From Trichosphaerium sp. ATCC 40318 (Eukaryota > Protista > Tubulinea), in the NCBI GenBank assembly GCA_038496445.1, contig JALMLS010000061.1, positions 92,434-156,433 on the forward strand: 64,000 nucleotides of DNA. Direction: 5' to 3'. The notes under the pieces are model-generated. The model saw nothing but the letters and a program-made list of their open reading frames with translations, was not told where the DNA came from and did no database searches. Positions 36,801 through 51,296 of this stretch are shown piece by piece. Every line of letters starts with the position of its first letter. Position 1 is the first letter of the stretch. The position numbers and the translations under genes were made by a program.

Positions 36801-37354
36801 GGTTAAAAGGCGTTTAAACAGAAATTTCAACCAAAAATATGTTAACAACATTTATAAGCGTTTTTTGTACCTTGAGTTCGCGGAATACGCTATCAGCACC
36901 AAGTGCAGCCTTTAAAACTTGACTTCTGCCAATATTTACGTTCAAATCCCAGTTAGGGTCTGGAAACGATGCTGTGTTGTCTGGTTGCCTACAACGGTCC
37001 TGGTATAGTGTCGTGATGAGTCTATAAGTACTTCTCTCAGCCCAGACGCTATCACGCTCATGTAGCTTATGGAACGAATCAACAGTGCCCAGGTGCGCTG
37101 CATTACTCATCGGTGCGTATGTAGACGTTATTGGAAAGGCGTGAGAACCATCTTGCTGTCTCTTTTTGAAGGATTCGAATGTTAATGATGGTGTTTGTAC
37201 ATTTAGCACTGATAGCCTATAAAAAATTTATTAATTTGCTATTTGAATAATTTGGCGCCTGCCGTTTCTCGCAACTCGTTACAAGACGATCAAGGCATGA
37301 GAATACAGCTTGTTGCTGTAATGCCAAAGCGTATTCTTCTGTTGTTTCTTCCAT
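33832..37354 (-). CDS. NUP107: Nucleoporin Nup107/Nup84, multi-exon
   Basis: HDPDSIR...DEQLVKLMWECIRRGEIERA, YERGLYATLVG....PCCNTWEDFMWAH, KIRSLEWL...ALEYGNSLARAF, LCIPICFSRLLDV. Confidence 0.85.
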
Positions 37355-37505
37355 TGTACTACTAATTACACTAACATAGAGTACTTGTAGGCGAAGTGCC
37401 AACCAGGCTGTCAAGAATACAACAGAAAAAATAAACCGCAATGGAGCAGGTTAAGCGGCAAAGACCCGCAGTCAATAAAAGTAATTGAGCGACACATCAG
37501 CAACT

Positions 37506-38108
37506 ATGAAAAGCAATTATTGTACATATGTATGAATTTTTCGCCGTCTAACAGCGTTTTTTTTAGCTCTACCAGATAAAACTTCAACAATTGTTGTAAG
37601 CGCGTTTCTTTGCTTGATTACCATCTCTGGTATGCAAATTTTCGCTGAGAAGCTCGGTTCCTCACCTCCTCTGATAACTTTGGGTGGATTCTTTGCTTCG
37701 CTAGTATTCATGTTCGTCGTACTCGTATCCTACTCTTTTAGTGTCATAAACAACTTTTGAACTAAAAAACATTTATTATTTTTCTTTAACTCAACAGGTA
37801 ATGGGTAACCTCAGAAGCGTTATAAGCTGGCCTGAGCGTACGTAACAAGTTGTAGTGCTATTTCTAATTCTTTGTCTAGTAATTGTTGGACTTACCGTAT
37901 CAAGCGTTGCCGCAGCGTCGGTACACAGAATATGTTTTACAATTGGGTGCGTCAACTAATATTTTTTTTTTCGTTTTGACAACACATGTGCTAACCGACC
38001 TCCTACAGCCTTATCTTCTCTGTTGTACTTATCTTGTGGATGAACTTTGCATCATCAAGCATTTATTCTCGCTTGGCAGCTCAAAATAAGGGCAAAGTAA
38101 GAAGATAA
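37506..38108 (+). CDS. KRTCAP2: KRTCAP2/KCP2 oligosaccharyltransferase accessory subunit
   Basis: ISGMQIFAEKLGSS..LITLGGFFASLVF, WPELIVGLTVSSVAAASVHRICFTIGLIFS..WMNFASSSIY; start codon tentative. Confidence 0.8.
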
Positions 38109-38412
38109 ACAAAAACAAAACAAAAAAAAATTGCTTGTTCTTCAAAGCGAGCGCCATCACGGATATACACTTCAAACTAAAACGATTGGGCTGTATTAAA
38201 TAAAACTGTGATGTTTTTGACACGTATTACACTATTGATAGTATATCTTTAATTTTACGTGGTCGATCGCCTCAAGACATAACGTGTCGTCTGTTGCGGG
38301 TTTTGACAGTACATGACCGAAAGCAAATTGTAAAATCTACTTTCAATATTGAAGGCTTTGATGTTCACACCTTATCTGCTTGTATTGGCGTGAGGTGTAC
38401 TGAGTTGTTAAA

Positions 38413-41400
38413 ATGAAAACAGGCACTGATGACCCAGTAAAGCTCCTTGTAGAGCTAGATAAGGTATGTAGTAATACGTAGGAACGCTATTGTCAATGTT
38501 TTAACAGCTAACTCACCATTATTAAAGGGATTGCGCGCAGACAATGTAGGACAAAAAGTTTTGGCGATAGAGGACATGGTAGCGCTTATTGATAAATATC
38601 CGTTCAAAATCGTTGTAAATACCGCTATTCTCAAACTGACAGATGTTTTTGCTTCCAGGTACGCCAGATATATAACCACACATCGTTAACCAGCCCTTAG
38701 CACAAACTTCATTCGAGGTGTCATTGTAAAGCAAGTCACGCAGGTTGAGAAGCATCTAAAAGGTTTACTGAACGTAGAAGAAGTCATTAGACGTGCTACA
38801 CAAGTCCTAGAGAGTAATGATGCCACAGAGCGTACCTTGACATTTAGGTATTTATTTAAATTTTAAACCGCCAAAAACTTTGCTTCAGTATTCTTATTAC
38901 TATTCTAGGTTAATTGGTGCTATGGCCTCTATTGTTGGTGATAGTCCTACAGCATTGCAAGGGTATACAAGAACCAACAAGCCATGTTATCTATTTTTTA
39001 TTCAATGCAATTAATGTTCTACTTTACGTCAAAACTACATACTTATATATATTTTCGCATGCCTAATCTTATACAAGGATAACCAAAGGATTAACTTCAT
39101 CGTATTCAAACGAAGTTTCAGCTTCAATCTTTGCTATTAAAAAAATCACACGTGTATCACCACAGTTCGCTCAACAAATTCTTCCTACAATACGGGAGAT
39201 GCTCAAAGGTACTTTAACTCCCCTATTCAATAACCAGTGAAAATAATTAGCTGATCGCCGCTCCCATTAGGTCTTTCAACGCCTCTGCCGATCAAGATAA
39301 AACTTATTCCTATCCTTCAGAATATGATGCATAGTCCGGTATTACTGGAGGAGGCATATGAATTAGGGTTACAAGCTCTAGACACAATTTGTTCCGCAGA
39401 GTGTTCTCAAGCAGTTTTGAATGCGCTAACAGCGCTGACTGTCAGGACACTTGCAAATGTTCAGCGACAGGTAAGAATTCTGTTTTTATTCTCTTGAAGA
39501 AAAATTTAGGCTTTTGACTTGTTTGAATTTGCTGCTTAGATTGTATGTCATATCTGATTATTTTTGTAGTATGATCTTCTTATTAGTATTGCCATAACAC
39601 ATCCACATTCTGGTGTAGTTTCTACGGCATTGTCAAATCTGATTAGAATAAGATCTCTAATGCTTTATCAAACAACTAAAGAAGACCTTCCAAAACTTGT
39701 TAATCTCATCACCCAAACACAAGATAATGCCATACGTCTCGTAGCTATTTGTTATATTGATAGTGTAGCTCATGATGCAAGGGGAACTTCAGTATTCCAA
39801 TACTGTGGTCCTGCATTAGCGAATATTCTACCGAGCCTTCTTTTTGGATCTGATGTATTGATTTCGAGTGTTTCTTCAATGCTTGTTTCTTCTCTGGTAA
39901 AATCAAACGTATTATCAAAGACACGAGCAGTTGCTTACCTACAATCTGTTCTTCTTCGTTGCCTTTCTGAGAACAAAGAAGTGGAAGAACTGGTACGATC
40001 ATCACATTGCTCTTTTACGTTTCCTAACTTTCTCGTTCTAGTGGTCGTTGACCTGCCCTTATGTGAAGCCCCTGAAGAGCTTACAAAAGGCCACACCACG
40101 TAAAATAATCATAGCACAATATGCAGTACTCGCTAGTGACGCATCTTGTGGCAAGAGCATACTTAGCAACATATGTACTACAATACCTCATATTAAAGGT
40201 AAAGTTTTGAAAATGGCATACAGCGAGTATCTCATAGCATATTTTAGATCCTTCATCTCTTCGTGCGATGCAAATAGCAATTGCTAGAGTTGTAAAAGCA
40301 AACCCAGAACTTGTTTCGTGGATCTTCAAGATGACAAAAACACCAGGTATGAAGATATTAGAATCTGATTTTTTTCTACATAAATCTGTGGTGACGCCAT
40401 ATTAAGGTTTCCAAAGCACCAATCGGTTTTTTATTAAATGTAAACTTAGGGCTTGTGGCTACAGGTTCTTTACCTTCTCTTGTTAGAGTGATCTTGTCAG
40501 CATCGCATACTCTAGGAATTTCAAGTTCAGGGTTGTGCGAAAGTATTGAGCCATTGGTGAGTTATAATTCATAGATTATATGCGTCTTAGTCGACTAATT
40601 GTTATGGGTAAGGTGTTGAACATTGCTCAGACATATCCATGGGAAGGATACAAAGTTGCAAAAGTAGCTGCACAATGCGGATTTCCTCACATTGCTGCAA
40701 AACTTTTTGCATCGTTTTCTGGAGGTGTTACTCTTCCTGGCGCTAAAGGATGGCTTTCTGGCCTTGCAAAAATTAGTGAAGCATGTGTACATATTATAGA
40801 TGAAAGCGAAGGAAGATCATCAACAACACAGTACGATATCGTAATCAAATAACTTTTTTCACCTCATTTGACAAAAACCCGACTACTGTTCTTGAGGCAA
40901 TGTTGATAGATTCTTGTAGTTTGGAATCATTAAATTTGCTCATTGAAGCGCGCTCTATAATGATAGAATCACGAAAATGGGTTGAGTCTATGGCATCATC
41001 GAGTATAGATGGTTCTGAATGTCTTATTTTTCAAGATGCTTATCTTTCAGCGCTTATTGACACATTCACTGTATTGAATACAATACGTGGTCTTTTACAG
41101 ACTCTATTATCACCATCGCACTCACATACAGAGGTAAGAAAATAGTAACAAGACAACAAAAGCTCGAAAGGAGGAGCACTAAATTGTCACATTTTTGGTA
41201 GTGTCGTTTTGTAGCTCTTTGCTGTTGTTATTAGGCTTAATTGTTATTACTAGGAAATCAATCAAACCTCTTCTAGTGCTTGCAAAGATCTTGGTTTGGT
41301 TGCTTCATCAGTACAAGATCTTGCAACTACTTTCTTTGATATGGACAGTCAAACAAGGCATTTCTTGACTACTTTATCAAAGACGCTTATATTTTTTTCT

Positions 41401-42096
41401 TCTGTTATTCAAAGAGAGGCAACAAGCCCTCAAAACATTCCTACAAGTGCGTGCAACAACCAAACAATAATCGGCTATGACCGAAAACAAACTCAAACGC
41501 ATTTAGAGAGCGAATTAATCACTGTTCTTGGCGGTACAGGTGCTGGAATGTCTCAGTGGGTTGAAGCTGCAAAGTTGCCTGCAACTACACCACAAGTTCA
41601 TATAAATCACTGTCAATCTCTGTTAGTTGTATTGAAATCAATAACATCACATTTACCTCCATATTTCTTCCTCACAGCAACACGGTAAGCATACCATATC
41701 GCACTCTTTTATTCGTGTTTTATTCCTAATTTTTTATTAAGGGCGACTCTTTCATGGAATGCTTCACCTAGCGGTAATGTTAATATACCACATGAGACGC
41801 AATTAGTTGTACAAATACATGGTCACTTACAAAAAGTATCAAACTTCAAACAAGAGAGGAGGATAACACATATTTTGCTTAATATCGATATTTGTCCACT
41901 TGATGATCACTTAAAGCATCATAGAAAGAAACTTGAGAATAAGATTGAAGCTACTGGTAACTCATTTCATACATCTGTTGCTTTACAGTTTAAAGAGAAA
42001 GGTAAATATAAAGTATTGATAAGACCTACTATACTTGATGACGAAAATGTAAGCTGGTTTGCACGTGCTGATCAAATTTACGTTACAAGAATGTAA
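38413..42096 (+). CDS. INTS7: Integrator complex subunit 7, multi-exon
   Basis: LVELDKGLRADNVG...KYPFKIVVNTAILKLTDVF..STNFIR...EKHL..LLNVEE...SNDATERTLTFR; WEGYKVAKVAAQCG; C-terminal beta-rich domain. Confidence 0.88.
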
Positions 42097-42687
42097 TAAA
42101 AGATTTTTTTTTACTGCCGCTTTTTTTTCTATTCTTAGTAGTTGTACATCCATAGACGGGATATTTTCAAGCCGTCTGTATGAGTGTCTATAGCGGGAAT
42201 TGTGTACAAGTACAAAGGTATACTTGTTGCGGAGCTTTAAAGAAAAGTCAAGAATAGGTACACAGACGTGTCACACATTTCTACAATCTTTCGCCTAAAA
42301 CAATTTCAATAATGCCTGTTTTGTGTTGCTCCTTTTTTTTTTGTGTCACATCACTGGACTTCACCCTAAGGAAAAAACTGTTAAATGACAACAGTGCGAC
42401 AAACACAATTTAGGCAAATAAACTTATTCATTAAGCGAAATCAAAACCCGACAAAAAGATCGATTTACGGGCTGAATATGAAAACGATTTTGAGGTACAC
42501 TGTGTTGTCATGCAATCAAAGATAGGGGTTACACATGAGATAAAGTTACGTGTGTTTTGTCATTTAACTGAAGATATTTCCGTGCCTTGTGTAGCTGATG
42601 TCTTGCCTTAAACTTAATTCACTGAAAACACAGGTTGTTTTGGTCTTTTGTGTTTATTTATATCTCATTCTGAAAGCGCTGTTAACA

Positions 42688-43709
42688 ATGATTAAAGAGC
42701 TTCTATTTTTATGTACTCTATTTACCTTGACGCTATCACTAAGTACGTACAAAAGCAGACACTGTCCGATAAAGTTCGAATCCGTTCGAAACACTTCTAA
42801 TTTATTACCTGCGGCGTTCGCTTTCAGCCCGCTTGAGGGCTCGCTCAGCAGACAATGTTTGGCAAGTAAAATTAAACAAATCTATGTAGGTGTAGGCGAT
42901 CGAGGAGCGTGCACATTAACCTTACCGCTTACAGATGCAGAGCTATTGCAACGGCATTCTAATGAACCTAACAACCCCAGATTTATTGTTTCTGATACAG
43001 CCACAGAGTATTTAACTACATCGTCCTTTACAACTTTTATACTCTATTTTGTTGATTTGGGATCAAATACCTTTGAATACCGCTTTCAGTCGACAATAAG
43101 TTACATCACGCCTCAAGTTGACATTATGTGTATTATGGATCAACCTGTTATAGATGGTACCCGCTTTTTGAGAAAAATCGGCTAGCGATTGAGGTTAACC
43201 TCAAGAATCTACTATATTGCTCTTCTTTTGTATAAAAAAGTGTTGTTCTAACATTAACTGCAGGGTTTTCTGAAACCTCTTCTAATTTTACTTCTGGACC
43301 TACTGATATTACTTTCACTTCCTCAGTCTTCAGGTACGTTCAGTTACCCAGTAACACTCTTTTTTAATAGCAACATTGTAGTTTCTCAGTACCACGCCAA
43401 TCTGTAACGCCAGGAGTGTTTGTAGTAACTTTCAGTGTACCATCCTCCCCAGTGCCTCCGACTACACCGGCTCCGTCGACATTACCTCCGACAACATTAC
43501 CTCCAACAACGCCTCCTACACCTAGAATACACAAGTCAGCACATAACATACATCATTTATTTTTCTTTGTTTTATACCTGAGGTTGATAAACTGTTGCTT
43601 ACAACGTTTTGGTGTGAATCCATACCTATTAGTTGTAATCATGAATATTGTTAGCACCGTTTGCTCTGATGGTAGTCTTCGAATAATCATTTATTCCCTA
43701 TTCAATTGA
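42688..43709 (+). CDS. Putative secreted protein with Pro/Thr-rich tail; 3' end uncertain
   Basis: Signal peptide MIKELLFLCTLFTLTLSLS, Cys-containing body, PPTTPAPSTLPPTTLPPTTPPTP. Confidence 0.55.
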
Positions 43710-44231
43710 TTGACAGTTTTTTTACTCCATGTTTCAAATCTTTTGTTGTTGCTGTAGTTTCTTTGAAATTTGCCTACCCCGTCTTAAATTAGTGTTCCTT
43801 CTTTTGGGTAAAGAAGTTACCTGCAAAGGCTCTCAGCAACCTGGCATTGTTTTCAGCAAACGTATGTTTTCTATAGCTTCGCTGTAGCACTGACAGCAAG
43901 CTCTGGTCGGTATCATTTGGATAGAAAAACAAACCTAGTTTATGTCATAATATACGGAAGCATATTTGATTATTGTTTGGTGTTTGTTGAATAAAGCAAA
44001 ATGAATTTTTGTTCTTTCTTTTTCAGTTTTTTCCTACCACGTGATACGAAACATCATATATTATTTTGTAATAGCTAGAGAGCTAGCGCTACTATTTTTG
44101 GTTTGAGATTGTTGGAAGTTTCGCGTGGTTATTTCTTTCACGTGTTGATTAAGGAAGCCAAAAACTTAAAGCAATAAACTTCAACTTCTATTTGTAGTGG
44201 CGTCCGTTTTCCTTAAAACAAAAACATACTT

Positions 44232-45566
44232 ATGGAGCTTTCACGCATGACAAAACTATTGGTATTATGTTTGTTATTCTATTATATTCATTGCGAGATT
44301 TGGTACGAAGCAGTGGAAACGTGTCACGCAAGGTACGTTGTAACGGACGTAAAGCCGAAACCCAAATTAAACGCGAAACAACCCAAATCAAACTCCCACT
44401 GTTAAAAATGTTCAAAACGCTGCTACCGTTGTATTAAATGCTGTTCGAAAACAATTAATGATTTGTCAAAAAGAAACTCAAGAATTATCGAAGTATTGAA
44501 CAACACAACTTACAACAATCTACCGAATGTTGATGTTGAGAGGGGGGAGCCAGGTTATTGGCTTGGAGCCATGAGACCTGATGTATCCCAAAATAATTAC
44601 GATGAAATGACGTGTATACCGTGTAAACAAGGACAAGGGTCTTGTGATGTGTGCTACAAAGCGTTATCTACTTTTGTATGGATAGAAAGTAACATCTCAA
44701 TGACACAAACAGATTTATTTATCGATACCGCTAATAACGATACAATGACGTTCCTGACACTTTTCTTTGCTGGAGATGAGCCCTCATTCTCTTCTGAAGG
44801 TTGTCTAGAACTGTGGCTTATTGATCATATTGGTACAACACATGTTTTTTGATATTGGCAACACGTTTGCTAATCACATTGTAGGATTCAATGACGTTAA
44901 CTGTAATAATGCTGAAAGATCTGTTAAGTGTACCTTAGATATAGAACAACTAGTAACAGATATCATTACTATTAACAAACCATTTATCAGTTTCCAAGGT
45001 AACAAAACAGCATACAATTCAAATTTAGGTGCTAACAAGTGCTGTAGGAAACATTATTTTACGCAATGTAATAATTGAAGTTACTGGAGATGCAATAATA
45101 CAAATCGAGGGCTGTTTAACATTCTCGGATAATGTTACAATTGTTCCACTTACAGTATGCACTAACTTTCGAATGACATCTGCTAACATGTGTTTAAAGA
45201 ATAGGCCTGAGGTTTCATTCGAGTACAGTAGCCTTTGTAATATCTCAACTGAGACAATTTCAATCCCTCCTGGATCATGCTTAACACAGACCAGTAAGTT
45301 CAAGCCTGCTAGTTTAATACGTTGTTAGTTATTAACTTTGGTTGACAGCCGAACTTGGAAAAGTGACAATATTTCTTGGAACTACCTCATGTGAAAAACA
45401 AGAAGGCGGAAGATCACTTCCAGTTATGGCAATAGTAGTTGTTGCATTGGTTGTTATTGTGCTTGCAATTGTATTAGCTTTTGTTATCATGCTTGTACCA
45501 TCTCTGAAAAGGCGCATATTTCCTTTTCATATCAAAGAAAAACATACAGGTGAACTAGTAAAGTAA
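44232..45566 (+). CDS. C-type lectin-like type I membrane protein, copy A, multi-exon
   Basis: Signal peptide, WYEAVETC, YWLG, FVW, GDEP..SEGC, FNDVNC...VKC (CTLD pattern); TM VMAIVVVALVVIVLAIVLAFVIML. Confidence 0.75.
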
Positions 45567-45886
45567 ATAAAACTCCTCATATTTGTACTAAGGATGCTGT
45601 TAATAAATGGTTTGTGAAACTTCAAATTGATTGTTATAATAGAGGCCGCTAATATGTGTAAACACGTGAAAAACTAGAGGTAGGGCAGCATCGCTTTTGA
45701 GACAGTTTCAGAAATCCCCAATTTTTGGTAAAAAATGTTGGCGAAAAAGTTGCTTTGCCTGGTGGTACTTTTCCTCGGTACAGCATAAACGAATCGCAAA
45801 ATATGCGTTAAAGCTATAACAATAGCATCCTAGCTACATGGTAAAAATATCAATTGAAGTTTAAGATGATTCTGAGGTGAGTGAAA

Positions 45887-47847
45887 TTAGTCACTGTCCT
45901 ATTCTTTCCGGGTTGCCCTATTTTTTCCGCTTTTGAAAGTGCGTATTAATGTGTGCAGAGACATTTGCGACACAACCGGGGTCGAGAAACGCACTTTCTT
46001 AGTTTTCATACAATTCCAAGCTTTTAGCATTGCCAAGCGTTACATTTCCAACCGAAATAGCTGGGCACTACACGGCTAAAGAACAATCAGGCTAAAACAG
46101 AACTCAAACTGCCTATGACATGAAGTGAGAATAAAAAGAAAAATAATTTCAGCGTACACTTTTTGACAAATCACCGAAAAAAAAAAGTGTCACAACTTTT
46201 TGGGCCAACCACTTAGTGTATGAAATTTAACACAGAGGAGAGGTTGTTGACAGTATCAAACAATTGTTTGTTAAAATTCACAAAGCCGTAAACAGTGATT
46301 TAAGATTCGGGTGTGAACATTAGCATTAAAACTGGGCCACAAAATCAAAGATGTACATATGTGCTATATTTCTTGCTACACCTGAGCCATTAGGAAATAT
46401 AATGAGCCAGTCTGCAACATTCAGGTTTTACACTCTGAGAATGTGATGTCACCAAAATTGTTGATCACATTTTTAGTTTTTTGTAGTTGTATTTGGAGTT
46501 GACTCCATAAGTTTGTATCCCATGATTCAAAATGTGTCCCAATTCGGTACAAATCATTCATGATAAGTGAGATAATGGGCAAGTAGACGTTTGTAATGAA
46601 TATATCCAGGAAAGGCGTTAATACTGTATTTATTACACTTGTGGCATCCTCATGTAAAGAGTAAAAAGTGGTATATTTCTATGCTCAGAGAAGCGTTTGT
46701 GCTACAGCTCCATATCACCAGCACTACATGTATAATGAGGAGGGAAATCATAGTAGTAGAAGTGGTGCAAATTTTTTTCGTGAGTGGTAAACGGAGACTA
46801 TCCTTTCTCAAAAAATTCACTATTTGCTTCTACATTTGAACATTCTCAGTCCCCATCCCTATATTCCACAGGCTACTTGATGTTTGTATACAAGCACCAA
46901 CACTATGTTGTAGACGCTCATTATATAAGATTGCATTTAACTAATGGGAGATGCTCATTTCACATCAATTCTTACTTGTTGTGTATGTTTGTGTGACGAT
47001 AGTTAAACTCAATATTGACGTCATAATATGGTATGTAATTTTATATAAAGCTGTAGTTCAAAGCAAACATATTAATACTCTAATGTTGGACCGTTAATGT
47101 CTCAATAGGTATACACTGGTGTTGGCCTACAGAAAAATATAGATTGTGGAAAAAAACTGACAAAACTGATGTGCCAACATGATTTGTCTGACCTGGAGTC
47201 ATTGACAAAACATTGATGAAAGTATAAATGAGTTATAGTTAATACAACAAGCCTTTGATATTAACATGTATACCCATCCGCGTTTGGGTGATGGTGACTA
47301 AGAGTACGATGTTAATTCTATAAGTGCAATAGAGTTTGATAAAGATCAAACATAGAAATAATTTTCAGTCTACCTGAGAAACAACGCTTGTTCTCAACTG
47401 GTAACAAAACCTGTGTATCCCAAATTTGCAAAAAAAAAGTTACAATGGAAAGCTAGAAAAGCAAAATTAAAAAAAACATTACATTAAAAAAAAACAAATC
47501 AGCCCGCTGTAAACTCCAAACATGACTTGTACGTTTCTTATGAGAGATAATATAAGGAAAATATGTCTAGTAGATGGTGTGTAAGTAGTGAGAGATGAAA
47601 GCGTGCTCTAGTTTCCCAAAATTGTTTTACAATATCAGAGGCAAAAATAGTGAGAAATGCGTGTAAGCTAAGAAGTAACAGCATATCTGAGTACCTATAC
47701 CGCGTGCCTAATACTGTGTATTCCTTATACTAGAATGAGGAATATCTTACTTATGTTTGAAGGGAGAAACTTATTGTTTTGTACTGAAATTTTTGATTTT
47801 TACCCGGAAAAAATAGGGCGGTTCGGAAAAAATAGGACGCTGACTAA
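45887..47847. mobile_element. Putative non-autonomous DNA transposon: 43-bp imperfect terminal inverted repeats enclosing ~1.9 kb
   Basis: 45887-45929 is the reverse complement of 47805-47847 at 36/43 positions, with a CGGAAA.AATAGG sub-repeat and TA at both outer ends; no transposase seen. Confidence 0.5.
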
Positions 47848-48108
47848 ATCGATTGTATTTGTTTGAATAGAGCAAAATGAATTTTTTGTTCTTCCTTTTT
47901 CAGTATTTCCCTGGATCACGTGATACGCAACGTCCTATATTTATTTTGTAATAGCTAGAAAAATAGCTCTACACTTTGTGGGCTTGCGATTGTTGGAAGT
48001 TTGGCGTGGTTATTTCTTTCACGTGTTGTGATTAAGGAAGCCCAACAACTTAAAGTAAACAACTTCAATTCCTATTTGTTGTGACATCTCCGTTTTCCTT
48101 AAAGACAT

Positions 48109-49445
48109 ATGGAGCATTCACGCATGATAAAACTATTGGTATTTTGTTTATTGTTTTTTTGCGTATGTAGCGAGGATTGGTACGGAGCAGTGGAAACGTG
48201 TAATACAAGGTGCGTTGCTAGCGGATGTAAAGCCAAAAACAATATTAAACGCGGAACCTAAATAAAACTCCCATTTTGATAACACAATGCTACCATCGTA
48301 TTGAATGTCGTCCGATATTAATTAATGTTTTATCCAAAAGAAACTCGAGGAGTATTGAAGTATTGAACAACAAAACTTACAACAACCTACCGAATGTTGA
48401 TAGCGAGAGGGGGAAGCCAGGTTATTGGCTTGGAGCCATGAGACCTGATGTATCCCAAAATAATTACGATGAAACGACATGTATACCGTGTAAACAAGGA
48501 CAAGGGTCTTGTGATGTGTGCTACAAAGCGTTATCTACTTTTGTATGGATAGAAAGTAACATCTCAATGACACAAACAGATTTATTTATGGATACCGCTA
48601 ATAACGATACAATGACGTTCCTGACACTTTTCTTTGCTGGAGATGAGCCTTCATTCTCTTCTGAAGGTTGTCTAGAACTGTGGCTTACTGATCGCATTGG
48701 TACAACACATTTTTTGTGATATTTGTTAATCACATTGTAGGATTCAATGACGTTAACTGTAATAATGCTGAAAGATCTGTTAAGTGTACCTTGGATATAG
48801 AACAACTAGTAACAGATATCATTACTATTAACAAACCATTTATCAGTTTCCAAGGTAACAAAACAGCATACAATTCAAATTTAGGTGCTAACAAGTGCTG
48901 TAGGAAACATTATTTTACGCAATGTAATAATTGAAGTTACTGGAGATGCAATAATACAAATCGAGGGCTGTTTAACATTCTCGGATAATGTTACAATTGT
49001 TCCACTTACAGTATGCACTAACTTTCGAATGACATCTGCTAACATGTGTGTAAAGAATAGGCCTGAGGTTTCGTTCAAGTACAGTAGCCTTTGTAATATC
49101 TCAACTGAGACAATTTCAATCCCTCCTGGATCATGCTTAACGCACAACTGTAAGTTCAAACCTGCTAATTTAAGACGTTGTTAGTTATAGTTACTAACTT
49201 TCTTGACAGCTGAACTTGGAAAAGTGACAATATTTCTTGGAACTACCTCATGTGTAAAACAAGAAGGCGGAAGATCACTTCCAGTTATGGCAATAGTAGT
49301 TGTTGCATTGGTTGTTATTGTGCTTGCGATTGTATTAGCTTCTGTTATCATGCTTGTACCATCTCTGAAAAGACACATATTTCCTTTTCATATCAAAAAC
49401 AAGCCGAAAAAACAACCTACATTTACAGGTGAACTAGTAAAGTAA
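48109..49445 (+). CDS. C-type lectin-like type I membrane protein, copy B (tandem duplicate; unit ~47850-49550 vs ~43970-45670)
   Basis: Same exon structure and near-identical CTLD and TM sequence as 44232-45566. Confidence 0.75.
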
Positions 49446-49646
49446 ATAAAAACCCTCATATTTGTACTAAGGATGCTGTTAATAAATGGTTTGTGAAACT
49501 TCAAGGTGATTGTTACAATAGAGAGATCGCTAATATGTGTAAACACTTGGAAAACTCAAGACGTTTTCCTTCGTTCAATAACACGAGCAAGTGTTGTTGG
49601 TGTGAAACAATAAGTTGATGATTTTATTGTTTTTCTTTATCTTATT

Positions 49647-51296
49647 CTATTGTTTAAAGATTCTCCATGTGTACTCGTGAGGTATAAAGTATGTTAAATC
49701 TCTATCAAATACCTCCCTTATACTATTCTGTTCTGTATTGACATAGATATACTTAACTGAAGGAGGTAATACTGAAGCAATCATCTCCAACTCGCTTTCA
49801 GGCATTGGATGCTTTTTAGCCTTTTCAATAGCAACGTGAGTTAAGTTAGGACATAACTTAATAAAGTTGACATAATTTGCAAGATTATAGCTCCGTATAG
49901 CTAACTTCTTAAGTCTTTCAAAAGTCAATATATCGCATGAATCAATATTTGATCTTGAGTTAACAAATCCACTTAGAGATAACTCTTCAATACGTGTTCT
50001 TAGTGAACTATTGCTGAAATGTTCTAAACACATTATAATATTTGTACCAACAATAGTAACATTTGTAAGGTTTGTTAAGTACTCAAGATGACGTGGTTGG
50101 AATACAGATGTTTGCCATAGTTTTATCTTTTTTATATGTGGACATTGTTTACCAAGAATAGAGAAGTCAAGATTATCCCATGTATATATCTCTAATGACT
50201 CTAAAGAAGAAGGAAATGTATTCAAGTTAATACCAGAGTAATAATAATACTGACACTGTAAGTGTTTTAAGTTACAGTATAAGTTCAAGTTAAGTGGCTC
50301 TCCCCAAGCACAATAAGCAAGATGTGTTATATTTGTTAATCTCTTTGATGAAGAGCTATCTGATACCGATGTTGATGTAGACGGAGATGATAGGATCTGA
50401 GCACCAAATCCTACTTTTAAATATTCAAGTTTAGTCAGATGAGAGAATAGCTCCAAAGAAAGACGTCCATCACTTATCTCAAGCATACGTATATTTTTTG
50501 TAAGAGGTAATAAAAGGTTAAATAAGTTTATATTAAGAGATCCACTACATCCACCTTTTAAATGCCATAATCTTGGGAATGTCAAGTCCTTAAAAAACTT
50601 TTTCCAGTTTTTCTTCTTTATCATTGAAGAAGAGAACATTGATATAGATTCAAGTGATTTCGAACATTGTGAAAAAAATTTGATAAGTGTCGTTGCACTT
50701 ACAGTCGACTGTGATATCGTAAACTCTCTGACACCCGTCATATTTGATAATAAAGCAGTTAAATCCCCTGGTTTGAATCTACAACTAATTTCAAGCTATC
50801 ACGTGAATTAGCACGTGAAAAAAAAAAACAGAAAAAAGAAGAAAATTTCTCGCTCAGAGAAAACTCATCAAAATTCAAGTAATATCTAATGTAGCGACAT
50901 GAAACGGTTGACATTGTCTTCTCCGAAAGCGTACCTTTCTGACAGCGTCTTTTTTAAGGTGTTTGCTTGCTACACAAAGGAAGCTTGAAGGTATATTCTC
51001 AGAGTCAAGGTAGAGCTCTCTCCAAAGCTCTGGTGACCACGATATCCGTTGAAACATTTTGCATACAGATGAAAGCTTTAAGATCTCTTCTAAATCGAAA
51101 TCTTGCAGTATAATGAACCAAACGTCGTCTGGAATGAACGGTATCTGAAATACGTAAGTTAAAACGCCTTGAAAGTGATCGTAAATGCGTTTTTGAGCGT
51201 TATTTAACGTTTTTTATGGCGTTTTAGACGTACTGATGGTTGAGTAGGCTGTTTAGGGTTTCCATTTTGTAATAGCTCGTTTTTTCGCTTGTTCAT
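49647..51296 (-). CDS. Canonical F-box / divergent LRR protein, 3 exons
   Basis: IPFIPDDVWFIILQDFDLEEILKLSSVCKMFQRISWSPELWREL F-box, then a long exon with FPRLWHL, LTKLEYL, CPNLTHV LRR-like units. Confidence 0.85.
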
